A stretch of DNA of 64,000 bases. Origin: Macrostomum lignano. Taxonomy: Eukaryota. The translations under genes and the position numbers were made by a program. This document shows positions 45,574 to 57,600 of this stretch, in pieces. Position 1 is the first letter of the stretch, and each line of letters starts with the position of its first letter. The stretch is taken from assembly GCA_002269645.1 (NCBI GenBank), contig NIVC01000455.1:410246-474245 (forward strand), written 5' to 3'. The notes under the pieces were generated by a model. It saw only the letters and a list, made by a program, of their open reading frames with translations, was not told the DNA's origin and did not search any database.

Positions 45574-47170
45574 GACTATCTGTCTGTCTGTCTGTCTGTC
45601 TATCTGTCTGTCTGCCTGTCTGTCTGTCTGTCTGTCTGGCTGGCTGTCTGCCCCCAAGCAGCCTCAATATTCAGCAGCCCTGTCAGCTTTAATTAATATT
45701 TTTTCAATAGTCTGCAGTTTGGCATGCACCAAAATAAGCGACATGAGCAACATTGCCAGATAAAAATAGCCGAGTTGGAGGCGCAGGTGGATTTGTCGCT
45801 AAGAACACAGCGATTTGTCACTGCACTTGCCGTCTTAGAGACGACAACAAGGCGTGCTTTGAAGCAGAGGACTGAGGAGCTAAATATAGCCCAGTCTGAC
45901 TGGTGTGAAGCTACCCGCGCAGCAACCAGCCAACTGGGAGCCGAAAGGGAATTTGCGGTTGCGGAATTGTTTTCGATCTATAATAGTGCACTCCTAACCT
46001 TAGCTCTCCGAATTGAGGACTGAGGATTAGCTCTTCAAATTGGGGATCTGAGAGGATCAGCTACTCAAATTGGCGATCTGAAGGTTTAGCTACTCAAACT
46101 GGGGATCTGAGAGGATCAGCTACTCAAACTGGGGATCTGAGAGGATTAGCTACTCAAATTGGGGATCTGAGAGGATTAGCTGCTCAAATTGGGGATCTGA
46201 GAGGATTAGCTACTCAAATTGGGGATCTGAGAGGATCAGCTACTCAATCTGGGGATCTGAGAGGATCAGCTACTCAAATTGGGGATCTGAGAGGATTAGC
46301 TGCTCAAATTGGGGATCTGAGAGGATTAGCTACTCAAACTGGGGATCTGAGAGGATTAGCTGCTCAAATTGGGGATCTGAGAGGATTAGCTACTCAAATT
46401 GGGGATCTGAGAGGATCAGCTACTCAAATTGGGGATCTGAGAGGATCAGCTACTCAAATTGGGGATTTGAGAGGATCAGCTACTCAAATTGGGGATCTGA
46501 GAGGATTAGCCCCCTAAATTGAGCATCTGCAATCAGACACAGCTCACCGATCCCAGGGCACCAGCCCATGCCGCATCCAGTCGGGCAGGTCCTGCAAGCA
46601 GGCCAAGTGGAAATGCTGTTTGCAGGCGATGCACCGCAGCATGCCGTAGGCGGTGTTGCCGGGCCCGCCGCAGTAGCAGTAGACATTGTCCGAGTTCTCC
46701 AGATCGCTGGGCCAGCTCAGCTGAGCCACGCTGTACTCCAGCTGCCGCTTCACCGCCCGCAGCATTCGGCCGTCGCGACCGTCGGATGCAGCGCCCAGCG
46801 GCCCGACAGCCAACCGGAAGCAGCAGTTGCGGCACCGGAAGAAGCCGCTGGGATAGCCTTCGGTCTGCGCCGGGTCCAGCAGGCCGCAGTGCCGATGGTA
46901 GACATTGCGGCACTCCTGACAGACCAGCGCTGCTGGTTCTGCCGCCTTCTGCCGGCATTTCTGACAGGCGCCGGAGGGCGCGGACCGGCACGGCCAGGTG
47001 TCCCGAGCTCGCGCTAGGCGGCGCTGGCCGGTGTCGGACAGCCGGAGCAGCAGCAGCTTCTGGCGGCCGGGCCCGGGCTGGCTGCCCAGAATCTCGGCCG
47101 GCAGCACCGTCCCGGAGTGGCTGCGCCAGAAGCAGCGCTGGAGGCCGCCAGCCTCGCCGCTGGAGTTCAT
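42591..47170 (-). CDS. Pcl: Polycomb-like protein (PHF1/MTF2/PHF19 family), ~860 aa; exons 47170-46548, 45254-45020, 44703-44198, 43809-42591
   Basis: All three introns are GT-AG with compatible phases (2,0,2); CDS 2583 nt. Domains in order: Tudor-like; PHD1 ([23 protein letters not shown]); PHD2 ([37 protein letters not shown]); extended-homology/winged helix ([21 protein letters not shown]); low-complexity region with GRP AT-hook-like motifs; C-terminal chromo-like segment ([23 protein letters not shown]). Confidence 0.92.
43866..44190. repeat. 16-bp minisatellite CCCCAGCATCACTAAT in Pcl intron 3
   Basis: About 20 copies, beginning within ~10 nt of the donor. Confidence 0.95.
44780..44995. 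repeat. (GACA)n microsatellite in Pcl intron 2
   Basis: Direct reading. Confidence 0.97.
45320..45650. repeat. (TCTG/CCTG)n microsatellite in Pcl intron 1
   Basis: Direct reading. Confidence 0.97.
46040..46515. repeat. 30-bp minisatellite GGGGATCTGAGAGGATTAGCTACTCAAATT in Pcl intron 1 (~16 copies)
   Basis: Period 30. Confidence 0.97.
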
Positions 47171-47309
47171 GCTGGCCGCCGCCGCCGTTAAGCTGCTAGG
47201 CGAGCGACTTTGGCGAGTGGCGGAGCTGCCTTCGGTCTCCGAGGTATTCGATGGGAGCTGCCTGCAACTGCAGCGGCTGCGCTGTTAGTGGGCTGGTTGG
47301 CCGGCTGTT

Positions 47310-47680
47310 GCCTTGTCTGTCTGTCTGCCTGTCTGTCTGTCTGTCTGCCTGCCTGTCTGCCTGTCTGTCTGACTGTCTGCCTGTGTGTCTGACTGTCTGT
47401 CTGTCTGCCTGTGTGTCTGTCTGTCTGTCTGCCTGTCTGTCTGTCTGTCTGCCTGTCTGTCTGTCTGTCTGCCTGCCTGTCTGTCTGTCTGACTGTCTGC
47501 CTGTGTGTCTGACTGTCTGTCTGTCTGCCTGTGTGTCTGTCTGTCTGCCTGTGTGTCTGTCTGTCTGCCTGTGTGTCTGTCTGTCTGCCTGTCTGTCTGC
47601 TTGTGTGTCTGACTATCTGCCTGCCTGCCTGTCTGTCTGTCTGTCTGTCTGCTTGTCTGTCTGTCTGTCTGTCTCTGTAT
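47310..47680. repeat. (TCTG)n-type microsatellite upstream of the first Pcl coding exon
   Basis: Direct reading. Confidence 0.97.
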
Positions 47681-48030
47681 CAGGTTCAACTTTCTCTATA
47701 CTAGATTTTTAAAGATTCCACTAAGTCACGTATTGTACTCTCGAACTGTAGAAAGCAAAAAGTCATTCAGCCGTCAAAGACATTGAGAGACCTAAACAAC
47801 AAACCAAGTATTGCACAGAAAGCTTGTGACACTATTATTCGCATGGATAATTTACAATAATCAAAACTAATTCTCCTCCTCACACAGCAATAAATCAACT
47901 TGACATAAGCATGAATACATAATATGAAATGCCATCCATTCATTTAACAAAGTATTGCAGTCCGAGCTGGAGCTAAAACAGCATGGATTACAAATAGATA
48001 CCAGCGCATTCAGCGCAAAAAGTTCTGTCG

Positions 48031-51000
48031 CTAGCGGGCAGCGGCAGCGGCAGCCAGCATGACCTTCTGCAGCTCGGCAATTTCCGCCCGCAGGCGCTCG
48101 GACAGGACGCAGCCGCTCGGACAGTTTCGGTCAACCTGAGCCCGGATCTCCTTGGCCAGCTTGATGCAGTACAGCAGGCTGTCGCAGCCGCTCCGCTGAG
48201 TCAGCGGCGGCACAGCGAGGACGCGAGTTCGAGTCGACGAACTGGAACCGAGGCCGAAGAAGGTCGCCCGCATGTGCAGCAGCGCCGAGTGGCTGCCGGC
48301 GCTTCGCTCGGCGTGCAAAGCAACGATGTGCTTGCGAGCTGCGAACATGGCGCCTGCGGCTGCAGTGAGTGGCGGGAACGGGGGCTGGGGTCGTGACCTA
48401 AACTACTAGATCATATTTTGGGTCGTGACCTAAACTACTTTAATCACACTGAGGCCGTGACCTAAACTACTACAATCACACTGAGGCCGTGACCTAAACT
48501 ACTACAATCACACTGAGGCTGTGACCTAAACTGCTACAATCACACTGAGGCCGTGACCTAAACTACTACAATCACACTGAGGTCGTGACCTAAACTGCTA
48601 CAATCACACTGAGGCCGTGACCTAAACTACTAGATCATATTGAGGTCATGACCTAAACTACTACATCACACTGAGGTCCTGAACTAAACTACTGATATCC
48701 GTAATCATAATTACAGCTAAAAGATGTTAAAGTCATGAACCAAAAAAATCATCAATAACACTACACTGAAGTCGCTACTCCAAAGCCACTGCAGAGAACC
48801 CAGCCAGGACAAAAAGGGACAGCTTTAAGGCAAAGACTAAAGTACACAGCATGCCTCAGGGAAGAATTCAAAAAGGCGTCCCAACTCCCCAGATGCAACA
48901 AAAAAGAGGAAGAGCCTGAGTGGCAGCTCAGCTCACCTTCCCTAGCAGCGGACTTATCGGCAGACTTGGCAGGCGGCAGCAGAGACGCAAACTGCAGCCT
49001 GCAGTGCGGACAGGCCACCCGCACCAGCACAGGCCGCTGATGGGCAACTGGGCTGGCGAAGGGGCAGCAGGCGGAGCCGCCGGCCCAATGGCGGTGCAGC
49101 TCGTCGGCCAGACGGAACTCGCGGCCGCAGGGTTTGCACAGGTGGGCGGGGTGAATGACACCTGCCGGCTGGCCAGCACCGGCAGCACAGTGTAGCAGGC
49201 CAGCTGGCCGCCATGGTGCAGCAGGTGGTGCAGGCCGCAGGCGAACTTGCTGTCAAACTGCAGCAGGCAGGACGGGCAGACGATGGCCAGGCGGTTGGAC
49301 TCGGCGGCCCGCCGGCTTCGGCTCGGCGCCACCAGCTGGCCGGGGTTCGCCACCGCCACCCGGCCGTCCTCGGTGCGGCCGTACCTGGGAGATGGGAGAC
49401 AGGCGTTGAGGAGTGCCGGGACTCATGACAGGCGAGTGTGCTGGCAACTGCGATAGTAAACTGGCATGTGACTATTGAAAGTGTGAAAATTAAGTGACAG
49501 GTGTGAAAAAGAGTGACAAGAGTGATGTGACAAACAGGGAGTGACAGGGAATTGAATATTTCAGAGTGAGTTTGTGAAAATTGACTGGAAATTGTGACAG
49601 AGTGACAGATGTGACGAGTGTGACAACTGAGTGACGGAAGTCAAGGTGTCAAGAGTGACAAGTGTGACAAAGAGTGATAGTGTGACATTAGTGACGTGTG
49701 ACAATGGGGAGTGACAAGGAAGGAGGGTGTCAAGAAGGGTGAAATTTTGACAATTGAGTTACAGGTGTGACAAAAGGAACGTGTGACAATGAGTGACAAG
49801 GTGCGGCAAGAGTGACGTGACGTGACAATGAGGAGTGAAAGGCAGTTAAAAGTTTGAATTTGTGAAAACTGATTGAAAATTGTGACGGATGTGACAATGG
49901 AGTGATAGAAAAAAAAGTGTGCGAGAAGAGTGACTGTGTGACATATAATTCGCACTGATAAACACAGCAGGCCCAATCCAAGCTGCACCCAATTAAGAAT
50001 CCGCATTCACACTGATAAACACAGCAGGCCCAATCCAAGCTGCACCCAATTAAGAATCCGCATTCGCACTGATAAACACAGCAGGCCCAATCCAAGCTGC
50101 ACCCAATTAAGAATCCGCATTCACACCGATAAATACAGCAGGCCCAATCCAAGCTGCACCCAATTAAGAATCCGCATTCGCACTGATAAACACAGCAGGC
50201 CCAATCCAAGCTGCACCCAATTAAGAATCCGCATTCGCACTGATAAACACAGCAGGCCCAATCCAAGCTGCACCCAATTAAGAATTCGCACCTGCTGGCG
50301 CTGTCATGGCCGGCAGCAGACAGGTGCTCATGAGTCAGCTTGACCGCGGCCTGACCATCATACTCGGTGCAGAAGGAGCAGTAGTCGCAGGAGTAAAAGT
50401 GCACAACTGGCGGCTCCTGCTGAGTGATGAAGCCGGCCAGCTGGCCCAGCAGCCCCGCGTCCGGCTCGGCAGTCACCGCGGCGGCACCGCGAATCCGAGC
50501 CGCGCCGGGCTCGACCGACGCGAGCTGGAGGACGCGGCAATATCGGCTTGACAGCAGAGTCTCCGCCTGGCCCGCCCACGCATCCGGGTGCGGCTCTTCG
50601 TCCTTCCCCTGCCCCCCAGGCTCTTCTTCATCATGGAGCTCGTCTTGGCCAACAAGATCATCGAAACTCACGCCTGGAGTCGAACCATCTTCGACATCAT
50701 CGTCATTGCGCTGTCGGGCGACCTTCGATGGCGGCACGGAATCGGCGAGATCTGAGGAGCTCCGCCGTTGCCGCAGCGCGGGCGTCTGGTCAGGAGGCGG
50801 CGGCATGCGGAACTGAAATGCGCCAATACCGTCGGCTCTGCCAACGCCAGGTTGCGTCAAGGATGCTGAAAATGGCGGCTGCGGCGTCGGGGCAGTCCGG
50901 CCGTTTTGATAAACCCCAATAGCTTTGGCAGCATCCTCATCTGCATCGGGCAGCCTGCCAACTGGCCAAGGTGGCCGGTGATGAAGTCTGGGATGCTGCT

Positions 51001-51145
51001 GACGAGGCTGGAAGCGCGGGTTGTTGCTGACAAAATTCTGATGAAATCGCGGAGGCCGAGCTGCAGCAAATCCGATGGGGCGAACAAACGGAGGATGAAG
51101 AGCAGAGGGAGGCGGCGGTGGGGGAGGGCCGCGCCCGTGGCGATC
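48031..51145 (-). CDS. Multi-C2H2 zinc-finger protein, 5'-partial; exons 51145-50292, 49384-48937 (1-nt frameshift at 49148-49151), 48359-48031
   Basis: GT-AG introns. Pro-rich and acidic N-terminal region, then YSCDYC..HEHLSAAGH, VCPSC..HHLLHH, LCKPCGREF..LHRHW and ACPHC...RKHIVALH. Splice phases fit only if one C is added in a CCCC run. Start codon not found. Confidence 0.75.
48389..48690. repeat. 32-bp minisatellite GAGGCCGTGACCTAAACTACTACAATCACACT in a ZnF intron (~9 copies)
   Basis: Period 32 (48451, 48483, ...). Confidence 0.95.
49480..49945. repeat. Degenerate GTGACA-rich low-complexity tract
   Basis: Many irregularly spaced GTGACA/GTGAC motifs. Confidence 0.75.
49950..50290. repeat. 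57-bp minisatellite in a ZnF intron (6 copies)
   Basis: Period 57; begins right at the donor CAG|GTGCGA (50291). Confidence 0.95.
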
Positions 51146-51307
51146 CTGAAGAGAAAGAGCCAATGCTGAGCCATGAACAGGCAGCTGAGCCTTAAAAATC
51201 CTACTGGATCGAGATTGTTAATATTCGACTTCTTTTGATTAGTAAGACATTTGCCAAATCCAAAATTCTATATACCAAAAATTTTGACAAAAAGCCCTTA
51301 GTTTAGA

Positions 51308-51400
51308 CTAGCAATCAGCGTCCCCTCCCATTCAGGAGCCAACAAAGAATGGAACAACTTTCTTAAATAAGCGACATGTAGCTTCTGGCCTCTCAGCCCT
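51308..51400 (-). mobile_element. Old reverse-orientation Helitron 3' end of the same family
   Basis: Reverse complement ACATGTCGCTTATTT...TTGGCTCC..GGAGGGGACGCTGATTGCTAGTCTAAA aligns by eye with 24148-24225. Confidence 0.6.
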
Positions 51401-53897
51401 GCTATCTTAGCGATTTCACCCATAAGCTATGACTGTGAAGAAAAAAAGTCCCTATTCAAATAAATTATAACAGTCTGTGGACACAGACAAGCATCATAGT
51501 CTTTGTGCACCAAGTACACCAAGTACAAATAGCAAGAAAATGAATTTACAAAGAAAAAAGGTCTTTACTAATGGCTCCACAGCATTCCAAGAAACTGATT
51601 AAAGAACATACCACCCTGGGGCCAGACTCTGAGCAAAGACACTTTGCATGCCAATCATTTCCAATCTAGGGGGCAAGCAAGTAGACAGTGGGAATAACCA
51701 TGACCAAGTTGCCTTGTCAGCTAATAAGTAGTTTAAGCTGCACTGTTTGTCTAGTTTTATTTAATAAATTACAAGTTTAACTATCACCAACTTGCCTAAG
51801 CTACCTATCTCAGTGTCTTATAAAATTTATTAATTTAGCTAATAATTGGTTTACTATATTTCACTTAGCAGAAATTCACTAAACTGTAGAACTTTGCATG
51901 TTTCCTTATCTTGGCCTGTAAACTAGCCATTATTCAAATGTTTCTCAAACTAAAAACTGCTATAAAAAATTGGTGGCTTCTCAATGCTATGTAGATAATA
52001 AAAGCCTTTTGCAATTTGGTGCAGCCAAAGGGATAGCATAAGCTTACTAGTAGTACTCATCATTGTAAGTTCTTTTCTAGGCAAAAGAACTCAGAGTAAT
52101 ATCATTTTGCCTAGAAATTCTAGTGCATAGAAGCATTTGTAGTTTGATATATTAGCATATATAACAGGTGACACAGTTGTAGCACAATATAGAGTAGGCT
52201 GCAAAGTGGTTAAAATACAGTTTGTCCAATATAAAGAAGATAAAAAACATATATTGCCACACTATATATCTATTCAAATTGAAACTGATGTGACATGAAA
52301 GTTAGGAACCAAATGTTGCTTAAACAAGTATAAATTCTTGCGAAATATTTGCAATAGAATAGTACAAGTTATTTTATGAGACACAGATCAAGAGCAATAG
52401 GTTTAATATTGTGAATAGGCCTATTTAATTGCACTGATGGATTGCATGGCTGAGTAACTGGAATGACTTTAAGAGCCAGGCAAAGCTAGTGCAATAATGA
52501 ACATTGAATTGCATAGAATGTGCATTGGTTTACAGAGTATATAGAACATGTTGATTACAAAGGCAAGATGCAAACTGAATAAAGTTAAATAACTAAGTTG
52601 ACTGAATTTAAAGTTTAATTGAATAGAGTTAGGCCCCAAGCAACAAACCCCACATAGTTAACAAGCTAACAAACCACAAACTTTCACTTTAGAAACCTTT
52701 TAAGAAAATAATTAAATATACCGGAATCAAGCTGTATTTGGAAGTCATTGAGCCAAAGACTACACTAAAAGCAGACTATCTTAAGGCAATAGAGAAGGAC
52801 ATTTCAAAGATAAAAGATTACTAACTATTAAAATGCCAAGTATTTGTTCATTTTGTTTTTTTAATATGATAGATCCTAAGTGATTATCTTATATTTTGGA
52901 AAAATTGTTCTGTCCCTCTTGCTTGCAATTTCTAGGTCTTTTTTAACAAAGGGCATTTTTTAATTTTTTCTAGGCCTAGACCTATTATTGGCAATGGTAT
53001 TGCCATATATAGTCATTGATATTAAGTTAATAACTGGTTTATTAATAATAAGCAGCTTATATGCAAAAACTGAATTAGAGTTTAGACTCCTTAAAATTTC
53101 GAAAAACACTGCCATTTAAATAGAGCTTTAACTAGGAATTAGGCTTAGGCCTACAAAAAAACTAAAATTTTCATTCCTGCATATGCCTACAATGATCTGG
53201 CTAGATAATATTATCAAGATTTTTGAGAATATAGACCATATTAACATTCATTATTATCACCTTAGCAAAAGAATGTACACTTGAATTGTATGCAATTCCA
53301 TTTTATTTTGTGATGCATTGATGCAAGTATGCAGGTTTTCTTAGTAAACAAATGTTTTCTTCAAATTTTGAGCAAGAATTTTAACATGGGAATGCCTATC
53401 TGATCGGATGGGGTTTTGGGATCTACCTTAGGTCTAAGGCTAAGCTCAATTTGAATGCCTACTCGTATAGTCGTATTCGACTATTCGTTGATATTCATTA
53501 TTTATTACTTTTAGAAATAAATCGACTAGGCTTATTTCATAAAAATACAAGCAGAATGTAGTAATGTAAAGTTCACCTGCATCAGCATCACTGTTATCCA
53601 AGTATGGCATCATATTATTCACATTTCACTAGCGAATCATTATCACTTCATTATTTTTTAAAAACAATTCGCCACCACATAATCTGAGCAAGACAAAATA
53701 AGAAATTTGCTATTTAAAATGAAAACGTTTTGTAAATTGCAATTTTCATACTGTTTCTTCCACTTGCTTATTCTTAAGTTGAGTAAATGTTTTAAGAAAA
53801 GTTGATTTTTATTTTTTTACTTGAATTTCGCTAAAAGAGGCAGACATTTTGTTTATATTTTAACGCCTACAGGCTTTTCACATTACAATACCAGAAC

Positions 53898-54595
53898 CAA
53901 GGACGACTTAAGTAGAAGGACGGGAAACCTCGTTTCTTAGAAAAGTTTTGAAGGCACTTTTTCCCGAAAAAATACACTACGGAGATAGAAAGTTTTCATT
54001 TTTTCAGCACAAAAATTGTTATTGCGTTTGATAGGAGGCAGATCCAGTGTTCATCTTTTGATATGTTGTGCCTTTTTTATTGCTCTATCGATATTTTTAA
54101 AGCTTTTCGTTCAGAAAATTAGGATTCTATGTTAATTTTTTATTCTACGTATATTTCCTGTATCTAAAAATCACAAAAATGCATGACACAGCTCCAATAT
54201 TTGGTTTTATGAACCTATTTTATCATCTCTGTTACAAATATTTGCTACACAGTCGGGTAAGAATTATAAAAAAGACTCATGAAGCTAAAGAGCCGAGCCG
54301 TGGCATTCTAATGTATTTCAAGCACAAAACACGCGAAAATATACGTAGAATAAAAAATTAACATAGAATCCTCATTTTCTGAACGAAAAGCTTTATTAAT
54401 ATCGATAGAGCAATAAAAAAGGTACAACATATCAAAAGATGAACACTGGATCTGCCTCCTATCAAACGCAATAACAATTTTTGTGCTGAAAAAATGAAAA
54501 CTTCCTATCTCCGTAGTGTATTTTTTCGGGAAAAAGTGCCTTCAAAACTTTTCTAAGAAACGAGGTTTCTCGTCCTTCTACTTAAGTCGTCCTTG
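53898..54595. mobile_element. Foldback MITE, 698 bp, ~259-bp TIRs, 8-bp TSD (P-element- or hAT-type)
   Basis: Ends CAAGGACGAC.../...GTCGTCCTTG; arms 53898-54156 and 54337-54595; TSD ACCAGAAC at 53890-53897 and 54596-54603. An 8-bp TSD fits hAT or P, and a CAAGG end fits P. Confidence 0.9.
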
Positions 54596-54609
54596 ACCAG
54601 AACTATATA

Positions 54610-57600
54610 GGGTGATTCTCATCGAGAGGTTTCGGAGGTTTTGAGGTTTTCAGAGGTTTCATTTCGAACAAATATTTTTGCACAAAAACTTTAATACTGT
54701 ACAAAAATTGAAATCTTACTGAAATTTACTAATGAATACAAATTTTCTTCAGAAAATAGCTTGGAGGTTTTGGATTCTTTTTACTTTTGCTTTTGATAGG
54801 CACGCGCGGAAATTATTTAACTTAGGCAACTATTTTCATGCTTAGAAAGTGGTTTTTTAAAAACTACGCAACACAACACACTGGTAATATCATCGTTGCC
54901 ATTGGCATTTACATTCAAGGTGCGTAAATAAAAAAAATATTAGACTTGAAGGCGCTGCTTGAAATATACTGAAAACATATAGACAGCTGTTTCATCCGTT
55001 TCCCGTTTTTAGTTTTGAGTGCTGCTGCTGCTGCATACCATTTTGCATTCGAATTATGTTATAACATTGATGTGATGTTATGTTATGTTATGACATACTG
55101 CCTCACAGAAGTAAATAGCAGAATTATTGTTGTCTCAATGTTTTTTTTATAAATAACTGAGGGCCTGGAATTACAAGTATGGATTTTACTTTTAATTACT
55201 TAAAGCAGAGCATTTTACTTTTAATCATAAAATTAATTTCAATTACTAAAAGCTATTAGCTTTTCTTTCATAAATAACACTAGTTGCACAACTGTTACTG
55301 CTGACAAAAGCTCTAACACGTTAGAGTTAGTTCTTATACAAACAAAATGCTTGCAGTGCAGTAAGACTTTGTACATGTAATGCACCACCTTTGTTTGATG
55401 CTAAAAATCTATGTTGAGCAATAAACTTGATAGCTGATACCAATACATTTACTAGAGTTAAAACTAAAAAGTCATTGGACACATTTTTGGCATTGTTTAT
55501 TTTAAAATAATATAATTTCTTCAATATAAATGTATTGGCATCTTTAAAGATTGCAAGAATAAATGTTTAGGAAAATCATTATGTCAAATAATATTGACTT
55601 TTGAAATTGATTGTTTATGAAAAGTTATAGATGAAAGTAATCAATACCCTTTATTTCAACATGCTTTGTTTCAGCTGCCAATACCATGCCTGAACTACCG
55701 CTTGCCTGGTCTCCTGCCTGCATTCTGAGCCTGTACAGGCCAACAATGCTTCATGTTTGTCTAATCTAATAACAGGCATTATGGCATTCCATGTCCTATA
55801 CCCACTTATGTTGCGACTCAGTGCAACCTAGCTCGCCACCCTTAGAGCTTTGGCAGGCTGGTTGCTTTTGTGGTGGCAATTGGTTTGGTTGTCAGCATAC
55901 AGAATATGGCTGTGCTCTAGCTACTAACCAGATGACATAACCGATAGCCTAGGGGCTAATCTACTGCGCACTACCTTCGAGATGAGTGACTGAAGTTCTT
56001 CAACTGCTTGCTGGCTGCATGACGCGCTACAGCCTTCGTTTTTGCAGGCATCGTCTTTCATATGCGCATTAACTCCCAAAGTTAAGAACTTCACTTTCAT
56101 CTGAGTAAATAAAGACAAGACTTATATTCTCTCATGTACAGATCTGAAATGTGAACTTTTAAACAATTTTGATTTGACTCTCAAAGAATATTTATAATAT
56201 AGTGTATTTAGGCAATGTAACAGCAATGTATGGATAAATATACATTACTGATAGAGAAAATACAAAACGTTCCTTCTTTGTTTTTTGAAATGCATTCTTG
56301 CAATGTTCGATGTTTTACAAATGTAAGGCTTAAAAAATAAGGCAAGACCGATTGGCAACTACGTGAAGCTCATTTGCTTGGATCAAGCTTGCGCAGTTGA
56401 CGCATGCTGGCTGACATTGGATTATCTATCAGACTTGGAGTCTCGCCGCACTAAACCCTTGAAAAAACGTTAGCCAGCCTTTTGAGATGCAGCATAGCAT
56501 TCCAGGTTCAATGGCATGTCTATGAAGATTGCATCCTATATTGTCAAGACCACCGACGTGATCGAGACCTCAATATTGTAGGGTGAGGAACATGGGCGAT
56601 GCTTCTCAGTGCGCGGTTTCCGCTACTGCCAGCAAAGTACTATTGGGCAGTTGCATTATGTCAGTTGTAGTGAGTTCCATTTGGATCAGTAACACTCGGC
56701 TGCTGCTGCTGGACAAAAATGATTCGTGTGAGTTCCCTTGGCAAAATTCCCACAGGGCAATCAGGTGGGCTGCAAATTCCTCTCCAAGATTGGCACCAGC
56801 ATGTCTGACATTGCTTTTCATGGCCTCCAATTGAGACTATCGAACCAGTTGATTTTTTATGCTGGAAGCCCAAAAATGTGACAATGGGACTTGAGTGATG
56901 CAATGATGAGCAAAAACGCTGAAGTCGAGCCGCGCCAAAAGCATATCGCGCCAACCGCGACTTCTAGAAGCATATCATCATGAGCAATGGTATTTTAGTA
57001 GGCCATTGCTTTGCACAAATTTCCATAGTTTGATGGGTTCTGGAAAGATGGCATGATTGAGAAATACAATGTTAGTCTTACATTTTAGTATATGGGTCTA
57101 GTGTAAGTACTTAACATCACAAGAAAATCTAAAGATTTAGAGCCTTCTCCCCAACATGGTTGGCACCATGCATTTCATTGGCATGATAACTACTGTGGAT
57201 GATAAGAGAGTATATTTGTTTAATATTAAAACAAATATTTTTATTAAAAATTGAATAAAAATGTGATAACTAGACATACATAAGTACAAGCTACTATTTA
57301 CTTTGAATATTTGCATAAAAAGACAAAAACTAAAGCAAGTTACTAATGTATAAGAGTAATAGAAATTGTACTCGACTATATCAACTTAAATTATAACTGA
57401 ATATAAAGCTATTAATGAATTATATTTAAAATAAAAGCATAAACATTTCAGATCATTAGAGCTTTCAATTTTATAGGTAGAGGTAAAGCAATAAAATAAA
57501 AAATTGCCATTTTTAAAGCTTTGTGTAGAGAATACTAGTATTAGAGGCTTAGGTAATAAATTTTTATCTTATGTGCATCATGTGTTAGAATTTAGGATGA

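Noticed and set aside
49730-50291. Cys-rich repeat C-terminus (CECGFLIGCSLDWACCVYQ) of the 477-aa ORF
   Set aside because: It is read-through into an intronic 57-bp repeat; a donor at 50291 splices in frame to the next zinc-finger exon.
42652-50922. Long plus-strand ORFs overlapping the Pcl and ZnF exons
   Set aside because: Antisense shadows of GC-rich coding sequence with no motifs of their own.
50857-51174. ATG at 51174 as the ZnF start codon
   Set aside because: It is out of frame with the long ORF, and a strong TTTCTCTTCAG acceptor lies at 51146; it would need another indel.
57075-57105. Possible minus-strand Helitron head (CATATACTAAAATG) inside the long-TIR element; similar at ~57645
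   Set aside because: The match is too short in very AT-rich DNA and no conserved head body follows.
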